Positions 31,429 through 32,139 of a stretch of DNA of 32,139 nucleotides are shown in pieces. Location: NCBI GenBank assembly GCA_002256025.1, contig NKIB01000529.1, positions 1 through 32,139 on the forward strand. The letters are read 5' to 3'. A program made the translations under genes and the position numbers. Origin of the DNA: Asterionella formosa. Its lineage: Eukaryota. The notes beneath the pieces are model-generated. The model was not told the origin of the DNA and ran no database searches. It saw only the letters and a list, made by a program, of their open reading frames with translations. The number at the start of each line of letters is the position of its first letter. Within the stretch, counting starts at the first letter, position 1.

Positions 31429-32139
31429 TCACCTAGCTAGTTGCTGATTTTTAGTAGTCATACTTAGTAATATACCCAAGTCATTCACAGGTGAGAAGGG
31501 GCTTGAGCTGGGAATATCATCTGACAATGGACTTGATGATGACATGAATCTACTCTTCTTTGAGTAATACTCATCCACAATGTTTTCACGTTTTCTGGTT
31601 CTCTGAGAAGACAGACTGTCAATCTGATTTGTAATAGATTCCAGTTTTCCATCTAAAGTATTAAGCTTTGTTTGGATATTTGCGAACATTATATGTTCCA
31701 ATGGTTATCTAGCTTGTTGTTGCAGAAGACCTTTCATCCGATGACGAGTGCATGCAGCAGATTGACTCAGACCAAACAATGCATTTCCCAAAATTGAATT
31801 GTTAATCAAATCTTCTGATAAAGCCAGTTTTGCTGCTTCTACTGATGCGTCCTCGACTTTCAGCTGGCCTCTGCTTCCAATGGAGCAATCAATTGACATA
31901 TCAGAAGAACGACTGAAACTTCGTTCCTCTGCAACCAATTTTCTAGCTGATGCACGGCCTGCTGATTCTTTCTTGCCATTCTCAAAGACACAATCCTTTG
32001 TTAGCAAGAGAATAGACTTGAACTCATCTCTAGCAAATGGTCCAAACAATTTGAATCCAATCCAGCCATGAAAATAATAATCCACAGGCATCCCAACATC
32101 ATCATTCAATGCCACAGCAGCACCCAAGATTTCCTCCTC
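31429..32139 (-). pseudogene. Uncharacterised, probably TE-associated ORF with an in-frame stop, truncated by the window edge
   Basis: ORFs 31705-32127 and 31429-31701 share one frame, separated by a single TAA. Contains MPVDYYFHGWIGFKLFGPF, a basic GRASARK segment, a coiled-coil-like LNTLDGKLESITNQIDSL and a Ser-rich tail; CpG-poor context. Confidence 0.55.

Overview
Eukaryotic nuclear DNA, most likely from a diatom (inferred from short GT-AG introns, a plastid-type SFA|F signal, a CoDi-like Ty1/copia relic and dense gene packing). Nine host genes are supported: a secreted FkbM-like methyltransferase (3 exons), a GT23/FUT8-like fucosyltransferase (3 exons), ketopantoate reductase, Sec61 alpha (2 exons), a ZC3H3-like CCCH zinc-finger protein, an uncharacterised membrane protein, a DUF3754/TMEM143-like protein, a cyclin H-like protein (2 exons) and a small ubiquitin-like protein (2 exons). 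They alternate with CpG-poor decayed mobile DNA: a GATAC-rich inverted repeat, an RT-deleted copia element, a 1.63-kb TIR-bounded IS630/Tc1-like element, decayed tandem repeats, and a right-end block that starts with another TIR of the same family. That block holds a pseudogenised Fe(II)/2OG dioxygenase-like gene (possible chromo-like N-terminus) converging on a second broken ORF, and is the best candidate for an undescribed system (transposon-borne dioxygenase cargo). Intergenic DNA carries recurrent clusters of the near-palindromic unit GGTACC(A/T). All family calls rest on motif recognition by eye; no database search was run.
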